A stretch of 64,000 nt of DNA from Oligoflexales bacterium (GCA_041736175.1 JBGSUI010000217.1:32001-96000), one strand, 5' to 3'. Shown: positions 19,883-29,634, numbered from the stretch's first letter. The notes: generated from the letters alone by a model not told the origin. Translations and numbers: made by a program.

Positions 19883-21259
19883 TTAAAAGCGGGCATAGGC
19901 CTTTAACGTCGTGAGTACCGTGGATGGAGCGACAGATTTGTTTCGTCCTTGGAGGGGCTCGTTAACCTCCACCTCTAAAGCTAGGGGCCATTGGACAACG
20001 GTGCCGTCGAGACCGACTCCATAAACTTGGTTTACAACTTCGTTTCCTTGTCCTGTCAACACGGTCCCCTCTCGCTTGGAAACGAGGGCTGAGTCGTAGT
20101 CATAAGCGAGGCCACCCTTGAGTGTGATCACAGCTAGGGTGGGGTTTAAAAAAGCGAGGGATGGCTTGAGGACGATAAATCCAACTTGCCTGGCGCGGTT
20201 GCGAGCAACCTGCTCTTGGCTCTGGCCTTGGGTGCCATAATGCCCCTTACGGAGCATTTGCTCGGTCTGATGTTGCCAAGATACCATGAGGTTTGACAAA
20301 GGCAAGATATCAAGATTTTGCCTAAGGGCTACATCGGTGGTACAGCGGCTGGTCGGTAAATCATCTTCACCCAAGTGGGTACAACGCCCCGTGGGCAGCC
20401 TGATTCCCACACCGAGAGAGTAACTCACCCATGCACTATCGTAGGCCTGATATAAAAGCCCTAACTCACTATCGCCAATCCCTTGGGCGCCCTTTCTTTC
20501 GTAGGTACTGGCACCAGCAAGGATTTTTTGTTCCACCATCCCATCAACCTGGCGACCATAGGCTGCGAGGCCATCTTTGATCGGGGTGCCAGCCTTAATA
20601 AAGAGCCCCGGGAGACCTGTGTTAGCCTCGGTCAAATCGATGGGTGCCATCAGGGCGTTTTGATTGATTAGAGTGAGGCAGTTAGCTGGTTGCCCACCGC
20701 ACGCACCCTTGTCGGCGAGGAGTTTGGAGGTGGCTTTTTCGAGGGCTGGGACCAGAGTCTCAGGGGTGATTCCAGGTCCAAGCTTTGCAAAACTCTGGCT
20801 GTAGGCTTTTGACTTGAGGTCTTGGAAGGCCGGTGACCCCTTAAAGTGTGCAGCATCAAGCAGGACTGATTGGTTATGATAAAAGCGGGTGACCCATTGG
20901 AGCGAAAGCCGGTCGCTGAGGCCGTATTCCAAGACAAAGGCACTTCCAGTCCCTTTTGCTTTGAAACTACTCTTAGATTGGTGCCCGGCCGCGTCATAGC
21001 TCGTATCGCCTGACTGCACCTGGTAGGGAACACGAAGACGGGCAACGCCTTCGGGCAGGGTTTTGCCTTCGGGGGCAATAAAGTGTTTTTTCAGGGTCAC
21101 CGGCGGTTTTTGCCCGGACCCATAATCCGGCTCCGAGGGAGAGGCAGCTCGCGCCAGGGGACTTTGGACAGCCACATAGGCAAGAGTCCACAGGCAGATC
21201 ACTAACTTTAAGATAAAGGATTCTAAACGGGAGTCTTTGCGGGGTTTTTGGAAAGCCAT
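19883..21259 (-). CDS. exported protein, probable outer-membrane beta-barrel with inserted helical domain
   Basis: Signal peptide (..ARA/AS), amphipathic strands, GIGDSELGLLYQ...SLGVGIRLPTG, C-terminal AYARF. Confidence 0.65.
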   Translation of the reverse strand: MAFQKPRKDSRLESFILKLVICLWTLAYVAVQSPLARAASPSEPDYGSGQKPPVTLKKHFIAPEGKTLPEGVARLRVPYQVQSGDTSYDAAGHQSKSSFKAKGTGSAFVLEYGLSDRLSLQWVTRFYHNQSVLLDAAHFKGSPAFQDLKSKAYSQSFAKLGPGITPETLVPALEKATSKLLADKGACGGQPANCLTLINQNALMAPIDLTEANTGLPGLFIKAGTPIKDGLAAYGRQVDGMVEQKILAGASTYERKGAQGIGDSELGLLYQAYDSAWVSYSLGVGIRLPTGRCTHLGEDDLPTSRCTTDVALRQNLDILPLSNLMVSWQHQTEQMLRKGHYGTQGQSQEQVARNRARQVGFIVLKPSLAFLNPTLAVITLKGGLAYDYDSALVSKREGTVLTGQGNEVVNQVYGVGLDGTVVQWPLALEVEVNEPLQGRNKSVAPSTVLTTLKAYARF

Positions 21260-21492
21260 AGTCCTATTCTCCTTAGGGTTTGGATTGAATTCTGGAAGCT
21301 CGGTGTTTCTTATAAAATCTTCAAAAAAAGATTAGAGACTTTCAGATAAAAATTTTGTTACTATACATAACTATTGTTGTGAGAGCAACTGGAATCTTTT
21401 GACATTGGAAATCCACTAGCCCTAGTGGCTAAGACCCAAAAAAATGCTATAGAATTTCGTGCGCTTAATGGCGAACTAAAGGGAGGCCCCCC

Positions 21493-22917
21493 ATGATGGA
21501 CGAACCGACGCCCGCTGAACCAACCCAACCTATTCAGATGCTATACCGGGGGGGAACCTTGGTTTTTGAAGGGATAAGCCGCGACGTCGCCCAGAGCGTG
21601 TCCATGCTGAGCTGGGACGAAAGGACGCTCCAGTACCGGGCACCGGCCTATCGGTATCGCCCTATTTTTACCGAACTCAGACACCGGGGTCTTCAGATCG
21701 ATGACCAGGCAAGACGCTATGGAACCATTGATTTTAACGCCCAATTCACCCCACGCCCCCACCAATCGGAAGCCCTGGCTGCCTGGATCTCCGCAGGCCA
21801 ACGGGGGACCGTCGAGATGCCGACGGGCGCTGGCAAGACGATCTTAGCGATGATGGCCATGGCCCAGGTCAAACGGTCAACCCTCGTGGTGGTACCCACT
21901 ATAGACCTCCTCCAACAGTGGGAACGGGTGATCCAAGGTTGTTACGGGGGGGCAGTAGGCATTCTTGGTGGTGGCCAACACGACATCCAACAGGTGACCG
22001 TGACCACCTATGACTCTGCTGCCATCCATATCGAACGCCTTGGAGACCGCTTCGGTCTGGTGATCTTTGACGAATGCCATCATTTACCAGCTCCCCAATA
22101 CCAGTTTATCGCCATGTCTTCTCTTGCTCCCTTTAGACTCGGTCTGTCGGCAACGGTTCAACGCCCCGATGGCAAAGAGAGCGTTGTTTACAATCTGGTT
22201 GGACCTCTGGTCTACGAAGGCAAGATTCGAGAGATGTCTGCGACTACGTTGGCTCCCTATGAAGTGATCACCATACAGATCACGATGAACAGTGACGAGC
22301 AAGAGGCTTACGATACCGCGCGCAAAACCTATACGAATTTTATAAAATCCCAGGGCATCAGAATGGACCAAAAGGATGGGTGGATTGAATTTATCAAAAG
22401 GTCTGCTCGATCTTCGGACGGTCGCAAGGCCATGAAGGCCTACTGGCTCCAAAAACGCCTCGCCCAGGCGGCTGCAGCAAAAGTCTCAAAAACCTGGGAT
22501 ATTTTGCAACGCCACCGAGGCCAACGGATTTTGATTTTTACCGATGACAACCAAATGGCATACCGGATTGGCAGAGAGTTTTTGGTCCCAGTTCTGACCC
22601 ACAAGACAAAACTTGTGGAGCGCAAACGAATTCTTGCAACCTTTCGCCAGGGAACCCAGACAGTGATCTCGACATCAAAAGTCCTCAACGAAGGGGTCGA
22701 TGTCCCCGAAGCAAGCATCGGTGTGGTCCTCTCCGGGAGTGGTGCGGTGCGAGAGCATGTGCAAAGGTTGGGGCGTATCTTACGCCACCAGGAAGGTAAA
22801 ACCGCAATCCTGTACGAACTGGTGGCAAAGGGCACCAGCGAACACTACGTCAACCAAAGGAGGAAGCAGCACGATGCCTATGAAGGACCCTCTGCCAGTG
22901 CGACAACCCGGTGGTAA
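21493..22917 (+). CDS. XPB/Rad25-like superfamily 2 DNA helicase
   Basis: RPHQSEAL, MPTGAGKT, DECHH, LGLSAT, VLNEGVDVP, QRLGRILR. Confidence 0.9.
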   Translation: MMDEPTPAEPTQPIQMLYRGGTLVFEGISRDVAQSVSMLSWDERTLQYRAPAYRYRPIFTELRHRGLQIDDQARRYGTIDFNAQFTPRPHQSEALAAWISAGQRGTVEMPTGAGKTILAMMAMAQVKRSTLVVVPTIDLLQQWERVIQGCYGGAVGILGGGQHDIQQVTVTTYDSAAIHIERLGDRFGLVIFDECHHLPAPQYQFIAMSSLAPFRLGLSATVQRPDGKESVVYNLVGPLVYEGKIREMSATTLAPYEVITIQITMNSDEQEAYDTARKTYTNFIKSQGIRMDQKDGWIEFIKRSARSSDGRKAMKAYWLQKRLAQAAAAKVSKTWDILQRHRGQRILIFTDDNQMAYRIGREFLVPVLTHKTKLVERKRILATFRQGTQTVISTSKVLNEGVDVPEASIGVVLSGSGAVREHVQRLGRILRHQEGKTAILYELVAKGTSEHYVNQRRKQHDAYEGPSASATTRW

Positions 22918-23007
22918 AGGTCTTTGCAATATCATAAATATCAGGCACACCCGTAATGAGAAAAGGGGCACCAACGATGAGATTCCAACCGAGGGAGAAA
23001 ACACGCG

Positions 23008-24222
23008 ATGCTTACCAAAGATCACCTGCAAGTGCGACGACGCGCTGGTAAGATTGTCCCCCAGTTTATAGATCCAGAAGACTCAGACTATATTGAGTCC
23101 GCAGAGGTTTTAATCGAGTTCTTCAAAGACAGCGTTGGTCTGACGGTTGGTGATTTGGAGGAAGCTGCCCAAGACCTTGGACTCAGCCCACCGATTCCCC
23201 TCGTAGTGGTCGGGGGGTTAACCAAACTCTGTATGGATCGGCTTGAACTTCGGGAGGACGATGGTTCTGCAGAGGAGTTTCGTTGGCAGATGCTAGAAAG
23301 GGCTGAATCTTTGCGGCAATCGCCCGAAGTTTTGGACCAAAAAGACTTCGAGCTCAGACTAGCACAAACCGTAGACTTAGATATCGATACCATCCGGGAT
23401 CGCCTTTACCACGACCTACCGGAAAACAGAAGCGTTCTAGGGTGGGATTCATTCACAGCGTCGGCGCTGCTCCATCGATGGAACTGCGCCCAAGTCCAGG
23501 GCCTCCTTTTACGAGCAACCACAGTAAAAATCCTGCTACCCAAGATTGCCTTAAAACAAAAAAGAACTTTGTTTAGACAATTGAAGTTTCATAGACTGCT
23601 CTCTACGGTCGAGGAAACAAGCAAAAAGCCCCAAGAGACAGGTGATTTTGAGTTCGAACTCAGCGGCCCCCTAAGCCTCTTTGACCAAGGCCAAAACTAC
23701 GGCCTCCGCATAGCCAATTTTTTTCCTTATATCTTGCATTTTGAGTCCTATCGGCTCGAAGCAGAAGTCAAATGGCAAAACGAGCTTTATCAGTTTCACC
23801 TCAACGAAAAATCAGGAATAAAAAGCCACTATAAAAATCACGAACAGTATATCCCTGATGAACTCACAGCCTGCCTTAATCATTTCAACCAAAAAAACCA
23901 TGGTGTAAAAGCTATTGTCGGTGAGACTTTTGTCCATATCGGAAGGGAGTCCTACTGCTTTCCAGATATCACTCTCACCTACCTCGACACGACCCGGGAG
24001 ATTCATGTGGAACTCTTCCATCGATGGCATATCAAGCAGCTACGAGGCCGGCTCGATGCACTCAGCAAAAACCCTATCTCCGATTTAAAAATCGGGGTCT
24101 GCAAATCCCTAGCTAAAGAACTCGAAGCGGATATCGCTGCTTCGCAGTGGTTTACAAACAATGGATTTTGGTTTAGAGATTTTCCGACCGCTCAAAGCTT
24201 GGCGCAGCTCCTTAGATCGTAA
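23008..24222 (+). CDS. DUF790-family (Bax1-like) endonuclease
   Basis: MLTKDHL..R start, LYHDLPEN, LLHRWNCAQVQGLL, LSGPLSLF...YG, FPD...HVELFHRW; directly follows the XPB-like helicase. Confidence 0.85.
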   Translation: MLTKDHLQVRRRAGKIVPQFIDPEDSDYIESAEVLIEFFKDSVGLTVGDLEEAAQDLGLSPPIPLVVVGGLTKLCMDRLELREDDGSAEEFRWQMLERAESLRQSPEVLDQKDFELRLAQTVDLDIDTIRDRLYHDLPENRSVLGWDSFTASALLHRWNCAQVQGLLLRATTVKILLPKIALKQKRTLFRQLKFHRLLSTVEETSKKPQETGDFEFELSGPLSLFDQGQNYGLRIANFFPYILHFESYRLEAEVKWQNELYQFHLNEKSGIKSHYKNHEQYIPDELTACLNHFNQKNHGVKAIVGETFVHIGRESYCFPDITLTYLDTTREIHVELFHRWHIKQLRGRLDALSKNPISDLKIGVCKSLAKELEADIAASQWFTNNGFWFRDFPTAQSLAQLLRS

Positions 24223-25183
24223 CGAGCTGATTCTCTAACAGGTCTTGATGGAGTTGGTCGATCTTATCCCATTCGGCGGATTCAGGTAGGGAGCTTTTGA
24301 CAGAAAGGACTTCGAGTTCGGCAAGCCGAGCTTTTAATTCAAGACTCCAATCAAAGTCGGCTTTTTGTCCATATCTGATCGCGCGCAAGAACTCCAGCGT
24401 TGGTCCTTGGAAAGGTAAAGTGATACACCCCTCCGTGAGGAGTTGAGCTGCCTCAAAGGTGAGTCTAAAGGCATGATGAATGCTTTTCCAATCCACGCCA
24501 GCCGATACCGCTGCGCGAGAACGGGTGCCGTATTTTCTTTCTATAACCTCCAAAGCTCCAAGAAGCCGCCTGACGGTTGTGGTGGTGTCAAAAGCCCGAC
24601 CGGCAATCTTTATCAGGTCAGCTCCAGATGCGTTGCTGTAGCTGGTCAGAACTACTGGTCCGATGCCCCCTTGGAGTTGGAGTTGTTCGCCCACCGTGGT
24701 CCCTAGAGTTTCCCGGGACTGGGTGTGACCCCAGGCAAGGATTTTTTGAATCATATCAAGGTTATCCCCTTTAATGACTGCTTTATGGGCTTGGGCCTCG
24801 GCAAAGCGGATAAAGGGAACAATCGATTGTTTAGAGACAAACCAATCTCGCTTAGCGACCAGGGTTTTCCACTCCTCAGTCGGAGGAACGACGTGGTGTT
24901 CTTGATTGGCAAAGAGCAGTTCGAGTTGGCTAGGTTGGCCCTCCCGAGCAAGCTCCATATATCGACCCAGAGAAAAAAACTTGCAATCGATATCATCGGT
25001 CGTGTTTCGAGGACCTTCTGAACTTTTGACGCTTTCAGAGATCTCCGCGGGATAACGTTCGATTCCAAGCAGATCTTGCCGTGAGGGCAAAAAAACCCCT
25101 AGGTAATCCCGATCTGACTGTGGACCCTGAGTCCCGTAGAGGTGGCTGCCTACGACGATTTTACAGATTTTTTTTCGTTCCAC
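24212..25183 (-). CDS. DNA polymerase beta-superfamily nucleotidyltransferase (RlaP / phage NrdC.11-like)
   Basis: GSHLYG...SDRDYLGVFLP (GS-x-DxD), DDID, GVDWKSIHHAFRL. Confidence 0.82.
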   Translation of the reverse strand: MERKKICKIVVGSHLYGTQGPQSDRDYLGVFLPSRQDLLGIERYPAEISESVKSSEGPRNTTDDIDCKFFSLGRYMELAREGQPSQLELLFANQEHHVVPPTEEWKTLVAKRDWFVSKQSIVPFIRFAEAQAHKAVIKGDNLDMIQKILAWGHTQSRETLGTTVGEQLQLQGGIGPVVLTSYSNASGADLIKIAGRAFDTTTTVRRLLGALEVIERKYGTRSRAAVSAGVDWKSIHHAFRLTFEAAQLLTEGCITLPFQGPTLEFLRAIRYGQKADFDWSLELKARLAELEVLSVKSSLPESAEWDKIDQLHQDLLENQLVTI

Positions 25184-25221
25184 CCTGGTCCTATCAATCT
25201 TCTTGCAGATCCGTTTCCTGA

Positions 25222-26676
25222 TTAGTTTAGATCTTGTTTTGAAACGATCTTTCCTACCAGATCATAATCATGGGTTTCGGTGATCTCCACATATTGCATG
25301 GTCCCAGGCTGAAGATTCTCCCCATCGTTGATATAGACCAGCCCATCGACTTCAGGAGCTTGAGTCGCCAGTCGTCCCTGCCAAAGGAGATCTGATTCTT
25401 GGCTGATGCCTTCGATCAAACAAGGCAGTCTTTGCCCGCGATAGGCTTCCAATTTAGCTCTTGAAATGGTTTTTTGGAGTTCCATAATCTGCTCTAGCCG
25501 CGTTTGTTTAGTCTCTTCGTCAATCTGATTTTTCATCCGTCCAGCGACGGTGCCTTCTTCCTGGGAATAAGCAAATACGCCCAGATGATCAAACTTCTGC
25601 TCACCAATAAAGTCCACAAGCTGGTCAAAATCAGCAGCGGTCTCACCAGGAAAGCCGACCATCACACTGGTGCGAATCGCAATATGGGGAACTCTTGCCC
25701 TAAGCCGCGCCAGGGTCGAACGAAGCTCTCCCTGGTTTACGGCGCGGTTCATCGCCTTGAGGATCGAGTCCGAGGCATGCTGAACGGGGATATCGATATA
25801 AGGTGCCAGTTTTGGTTCCGTAGCAAACAACTCGATCAACTCATCGCTGAGATTTTCAGGATAGACATAAAGGCAACGAATCCATTGTAGACCATCGATC
25901 TTACTCAGTTCTTTTAATAATGGTAGCAGCAGATCTTCACCACGATCGCGACCATAGGCTGCAAGATCTTGGGCGATGAGATTAATTTCTAAGACGCCCT
26001 GTTGCACCAGCTGCTTAACCTCACGAATCACTGAGTCGATGGGCCTCGAACGGAGTTTGCCACGGATGGCTGGAATGATGCAAAAAGCACATTGGTGTTG
26101 GCACCCCTCGGCAACCTTCACATAGGCTGCATGCTTGGCCAGGGTATTAAGCCTCGGTAGGTCGTCAGAATACAGGTAGTGGGTCCGTTTAGCGTAGACT
26201 CGGGACAGGGGGGACGAGGGGCTTTTTTGTGGACTTTGGCCATCAGCACACTCGTAGAGCTGCTCGATATAGGTCCCAATCTTGGTGAATTCATCGGTAC
26301 CAATAAACAAATCCACTTCTGGTAGGCCTCGCGCCAGTTGGGATTTATACCGTTGGGTCAGACAACCAGTCACAACAACCTTTAGGTTTTTGTTGGTTTT
26401 TTTAAGCTCTGTGGCTTGAAGGATGGTGTCTATGCTCTCTTCTTTTGCCGAACCAATAAATCCACAGGTGTTGACGATCACCACATCAGCCTCTTCGGGA
26501 GTCTCCGTCGAAAGCCAACCACCACCTAAAAGAGTGCCGAGCATCACCTCAGAGTCAACCCGGTTGCGGGCGCAACCAAGAGAGATCAAATGGGCCTTTT
26601 TAGGAGTTAAAACAACGACCTTGGCATTCTCTTGTGCCCCTTGGGCAGCCTCTGGCTGGCTCGTCGTTTGGTCCAT
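25222..26676 (-). CDS. rimO: ribosomal protein S12 methylthiotransferase (start placed at MDQTTSQ)
   Basis: SLGCARNRVDSE, NTCGFI, EGCQHQCAFCIIP radical-SAM motif, APEVDG TRAM domain. Confidence 0.95.
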   Translation of the reverse strand: MDQTTSQPEAAQGAQENAKVVVLTPKKAHLISLGCARNRVDSEVMLGTLLGGGWLSTETPEEADVVIVNTCGFIGSAKEESIDTILQATELKKTNKNLKVVVTGCLTQRYKSQLARGLPEVDLFIGTDEFTKIGTYIEQLYECADGQSPQKSPSSPLSRVYAKRTHYLYSDDLPRLNTLAKHAAYVKVAEGCQHQCAFCIIPAIRGKLRSRPIDSVIREVKQLVQQGVLEINLIAQDLAAYGRDRGEDLLLPLLKELSKIDGLQWIRCLYVYPENLSDELIELFATEPKLAPYIDIPVQHASDSILKAMNRAVNQGELRSTLARLRARVPHIAIRTSVMVGFPGETAADFDQLVDFIGEQKFDHLGVFAYSQEEGTVAGRMKNQIDEETKQTRLEQIMELQKTISRAKLEAYRGQRLPCLIEGISQESDLLWQGRLATQAPEVDGLVYINDGENLQPGTMQYVEITETHDYDLVGKIVSKQDLN

Positions 26677-26741
26677 GGTTGGTAACCTCCACTGTGTTTT
26701 CATCAAACCTCGGCTTGGCAGACGTGAGTATCATAAAAAAC

Positions 26742-26788
26742 CGCTGGCGAAAAGCGGGGAATTGCTTCGGCTAGGAGGTCGATTCTGG
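26742..26788 (+). repeat. left 47-bp imperfect direct repeat flanking the hipBA islet
   Basis: CGCTGGCGAAAAGCGGGGAATTGCTTCGGCTAGGAGGTCGATTCTGG; 42/47 identical to 28620-28666. Confidence 0.85.
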
Positions 26789-26807
26789 TTTTGTGCAAGA
26801 TTTAAGT

Positions 26808-28145
26808 TCAAGCTAGCTCCACGGCTTCGGCGGAGTTCCGCATTTTGCGCCGCACCTGCTCGCCGAGTTGAGGAAGGTGCATCGCGTCACCATCCAAACC
26901 TTCGAAGGCATAAGGATTTAGGAACGCACGGCTAGCCAGCATGTTCCGGTCGGCCCCTCCGAGGTCAGCGACAGTGCAGACGGCGGCCCAGTGCTCGCCG
27001 ATCTTGGTGACTAGCCCTTCGATCGCAGCGATCGCCTCCGCCCGCGGGAGCAAAAACATGGAGGCGGCGTCGAGGCAGGTCGCGAGTCGGCTCGAACGCT
27101 TCTGGCCGATGATCGCCATGGCCTGCGTAGCCTCGCCGCCAGCTCGGGGCTGCGGACAGAGGTCATAGGCCGGTGAGAGCCTGAGATTGTTACCATCCCA
27201 CAGCGCGGCGTGGTTGCGAGCATGATCGTCGGTATTTCCACACAGAACGTTGAAGGCGAGGCGAGCGAATAGCTCTTTCAGGGTAGGCTTCGGGTCGACG
27301 AATTCGTGGCGAATGATGCGCGCGAGGGCCTCGTAGCTGGCGTATCGGGCCATCATCTCGTCGAGTTTGAGGAGCGTGAGCGCTGAGATCGTTGCGTGGC
27401 GTTGCCAGGAGGTATTGCCCTTCGAAGTGCGATCGAAACGCTCAACGAGGAGGACGTCCTTGTGCGCCGAGCGCACCAGCTTTACCGGTGCGACTACGAG
27501 ACCCGCGAGCGCTCCGAGGCGCATGGCGATAAACTCGGCTTTGACGACGGGATAGAGGTCGCTCGAGGCGGCGAACTTGGCGATATGCTTCTTGTCGCCA
27601 TCGACGATCAGGGCTTTTGGGCGAGCCCCACCGATCGAACTGCCGTGATGCAACGCGCGGTCCAGCTCGGGTGTCAGCGGCACGCCCATTTCTACACGCT
27701 TGGCGGCAGTCTGCAGCTCGTCGAGGCTGGCGGGAGCGGCCAAACGCGGCACGTAGGCGGCGGCAGATCTTTGAAAGTCGAGAGCGCCGATGCGGTCGGA
27801 CCCTGATTCCAAGAAGTAGGTCAGCTCGTCGATTCTGGCCGTGTCTGCTTGGTCGCCCTTGTCGCCGAGTAGGTGATTCAGGATGACGCGCCGCCCCCAG
27901 GCGTCTGGCGAGGCGTCCCGTAGGCAGCCAGACATCGTAAGGCCATCGAGCGGCCTGAGCTCCCCGGGCTCGAGCGGTAATTCGGCCTTGTGAATCGATA
28001 TTGCGTTTTTGCGTCCCAGATAGGAACGCCCGTAATTGAAGACCAAGCTCGGACCGTCAGCTGCGACGCGGCCGGCGACGACGGGCTTGGTGGCGCCGGG
28101 TAGCCAAATCCAGACAAAGAGCTCGGTCGGTGCGTTAGAAGTCAT
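26808..28145 (-). CDS. hipA: HipA-family Ser/Thr kinase toxin
   Basis: DASPDAWGRR, GSSIGGARPKA, LLVERFDR, GNTDDHARNH, LSPAYDL. Confidence 0.93.
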   Translation of the reverse strand: MTSNAPTELFVWIWLPGATKPVVAGRVAADGPSLVFNYGRSYLGRKNAISIHKAELPLEPGELRPLDGLTMSGCLRDASPDAWGRRVILNHLLGDKGDQADTARIDELTYFLESGSDRIGALDFQRSAAAYVPRLAAPASLDELQTAAKRVEMGVPLTPELDRALHHGSSIGGARPKALIVDGDKKHIAKFAASSDLYPVVKAEFIAMRLGALAGLVVAPVKLVRSAHKDVLLVERFDRTSKGNTSWQRHATISALTLLKLDEMMARYASYEALARIIRHEFVDPKPTLKELFARLAFNVLCGNTDDHARNHAALWDGNNLRLSPAYDLCPQPRAGGEATQAMAIIGQKRSSRLATCLDAASMFLLPRAEAIAAIEGLVTKIGEHWAAVCTVADLGGADRNMLASRAFLNPYAFEGLDGDAMHLPQLGEQVRRKMRNSAEAVELA

Positions 28146-28470
28146 CTTTGACCTTTCGCTTGGCTCGGATGCTTTTTGGCAAAAGGGCCAGCTTGGCGGT
28201 GACTAGATCGATGTCCATGGTGAGGCGCCCATGCTCCGGTTCAAAAAGCGTGACGCCCGTCAATGCCGCTAGTTCGAACACGAGCCCGATTTCGCACTTG
28301 AGGTCGCCCTTTTCGACCTTTTTCAAGGTCGCTCGCGAGATACCTGCGCGGTCGGCGAGCTGCTGTTCGGTCCACCTGCGCTGTTTCCGCCCCAACTGGA
28401 TCAAATGACCCAATAGTGTTGTCGATTCAATTACATAGGGGCTATATGTGCGGATTACTTTGCGAGTCAT
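28135..28470 (-). CDS. XRE-family HTH antitoxin (HipB-like); start placed at MTRKVIR
   Basis: RKQRRWTEQQLADRAGISRATLKKVEKGD; overlaps the hipA start. Confidence 0.88.
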   Translation of the reverse strand: MTRKVIRTYSPYVIESTTLLGHLIQLGRKQRRWTEQQLADRAGISRATLKKVEKGDLKCEIGLVFELAALTGVTLFEPEHGRLTMDIDLVTAKLALLPKSIRAKRKVKDDF

Positions 28471-28479
28471 GTAGATTCC

Positions 28480-28580
28480 TATAACGGCCACAAAGGCATT
28501 TTATGGCTACTATAATAGCCTTTTGAGTGGCTGCAGCCAAGGCGTTTTAATAGCCGTAAAACTATTCCACGGCTATTATA
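28480..28580. promoter_or_regulatory. clustered operator-like inverted repeats upstream of hipB
   Basis: TAATAGCCGT-N11-ACGGCTATTA (28548-28578) plus related half-sites TATAACGGCC, TGGCTACTATA, TATAATAGCC. Confidence 0.65.
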
Positions 28581-28619
28581 ATATCCAAATGAGTGGGCTG
28601 CAGCAACGCCAACCTCCAG

Positions 28620-28666
28620 CGCTGCCGAAAAGCGCGGAATTGCTTCCACTAGGAGTTCGATTCTGG
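28620..28666 (+). repeat. right 47-bp imperfect direct repeat flanking the hipBA islet
   Basis: CGCTGCCGAAAAGCGCGGAATTGCTTCCACTAGGAGTTCGATTCTGG. Confidence 0.85.
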
Positions 28667-28682
28667 CTAAGATGGAGAGCTC

Positions 28683-29621
28683 ATGGATCATTACGGGCTG
28701 GTAAAACCACTTGGAGTTACGATGGACCATTTTGTCAGTATCGATGGGACGCATGGACTAACTTCGGAACTAACCTCGGGGATCTCGCCCCTGGACCGGG
28801 GATTTCTCTATGGCGACAGCTTAATGGAAACTATCTTGGTGGTCAAAAAGCACCCCGTCCTCTTTGAGCAACATCTTGATCGGCTGCGTTGGGGCGCCGA
28901 GCAGCTTGGGATTCCCTTCCCCTGGACGATGCAGGACCTAGAGTTCGAGGTGCAATCGATCCTTGAAGCCTACTCCTTTGAGCGGGGGTCTTTGCGAATT
29001 GTCGTCACAGCTGGAGTAGGAACTGGCTTAGAGCGGACCGCTTTGGAGCCTCTCAGGCCAACAAAAATTATTTATTATGGTCCTTTGACTAATCGCCCAC
29101 CCTCGGTCTATGAGGCTGGCGTCAGCTTAAAACGCAAGGTTGCTCCCTGGATCGATAGAAATCCGCGCATTAAACTCTGCCACTACGCACCAGAGATTGT
29201 TGCGCTCCAAAGGGCAAAAAAAGAAGGCTATGATGATATCCTCTGGAGTCGAGAGGATGGAGAGCTAATGGAATCGTCGGTCTCAAACCTTTTCCTTATT
29301 GCTCGCCAGGGAGACCAAGTGGAAATCGTAACTCCTCCAGCACACAGTGGGATCTTGCTCGGAGTTACTCGACAAAAAATGATCGATCTTCTTTATGGTG
29401 CAAAAATTCCAGTCACCGAGCAGATCGTCTATAGCGACGAGCTTCCTCGGTTTGATGAGGGGTTTTTGACCTCAAGCCTTTCGGGACTGATTCCCATACG
29501 ATCCATAGACCGGCACCAGCTCCACACGGCGCGCGGCGGGTCGACTTTTAGACACCTAGAACGCCTTTACCGAACCTGGCTTTCGATCTTTGAAGCATCT
29601 AGGTTAGATAGAAACAACTAA
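28683..29621 (+). CDS. class IV PLP aminotransferase / aminodeoxychorismate lyase-like (alternative start 28722)
   Basis: DRGFLYGDSLMET, HLDRL, ESSVSNLF, GILLGVTRQ. Confidence 0.88.
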   Translation: MDHYGLVKPLGVTMDHFVSIDGTHGLTSELTSGISPLDRGFLYGDSLMETILVVKKHPVLFEQHLDRLRWGAEQLGIPFPWTMQDLEFEVQSILEAYSFERGSLRIVVTAGVGTGLERTALEPLRPTKIIYYGPLTNRPPSVYEAGVSLKRKVAPWIDRNPRIKLCHYAPEIVALQRAKKEGYDDILWSREDGELMESSVSNLFLIARQGDQVEIVTPPAHSGILLGVTRQKMIDLLYGAKIPVTEQIVYSDELPRFDEGFLTSSLSGLIPIRSIDRHQLHTARGGSTFRHLERLYRTWLSIFEASRLDRNN

Positions 29622-29634
29622 AAACGGCTTTCGA

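Larger units (their letters stand above)
26742..28666. mobile_element. GC-rich hipBA-type islet bounded by direct repeats; no integrase or transposase inside
   Basis: Abrupt G+C rise (41/60 G+C at 27061-27120), flanking repeats, sits between divergent rimO and aminotransferase genes. Confidence 0.65.
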
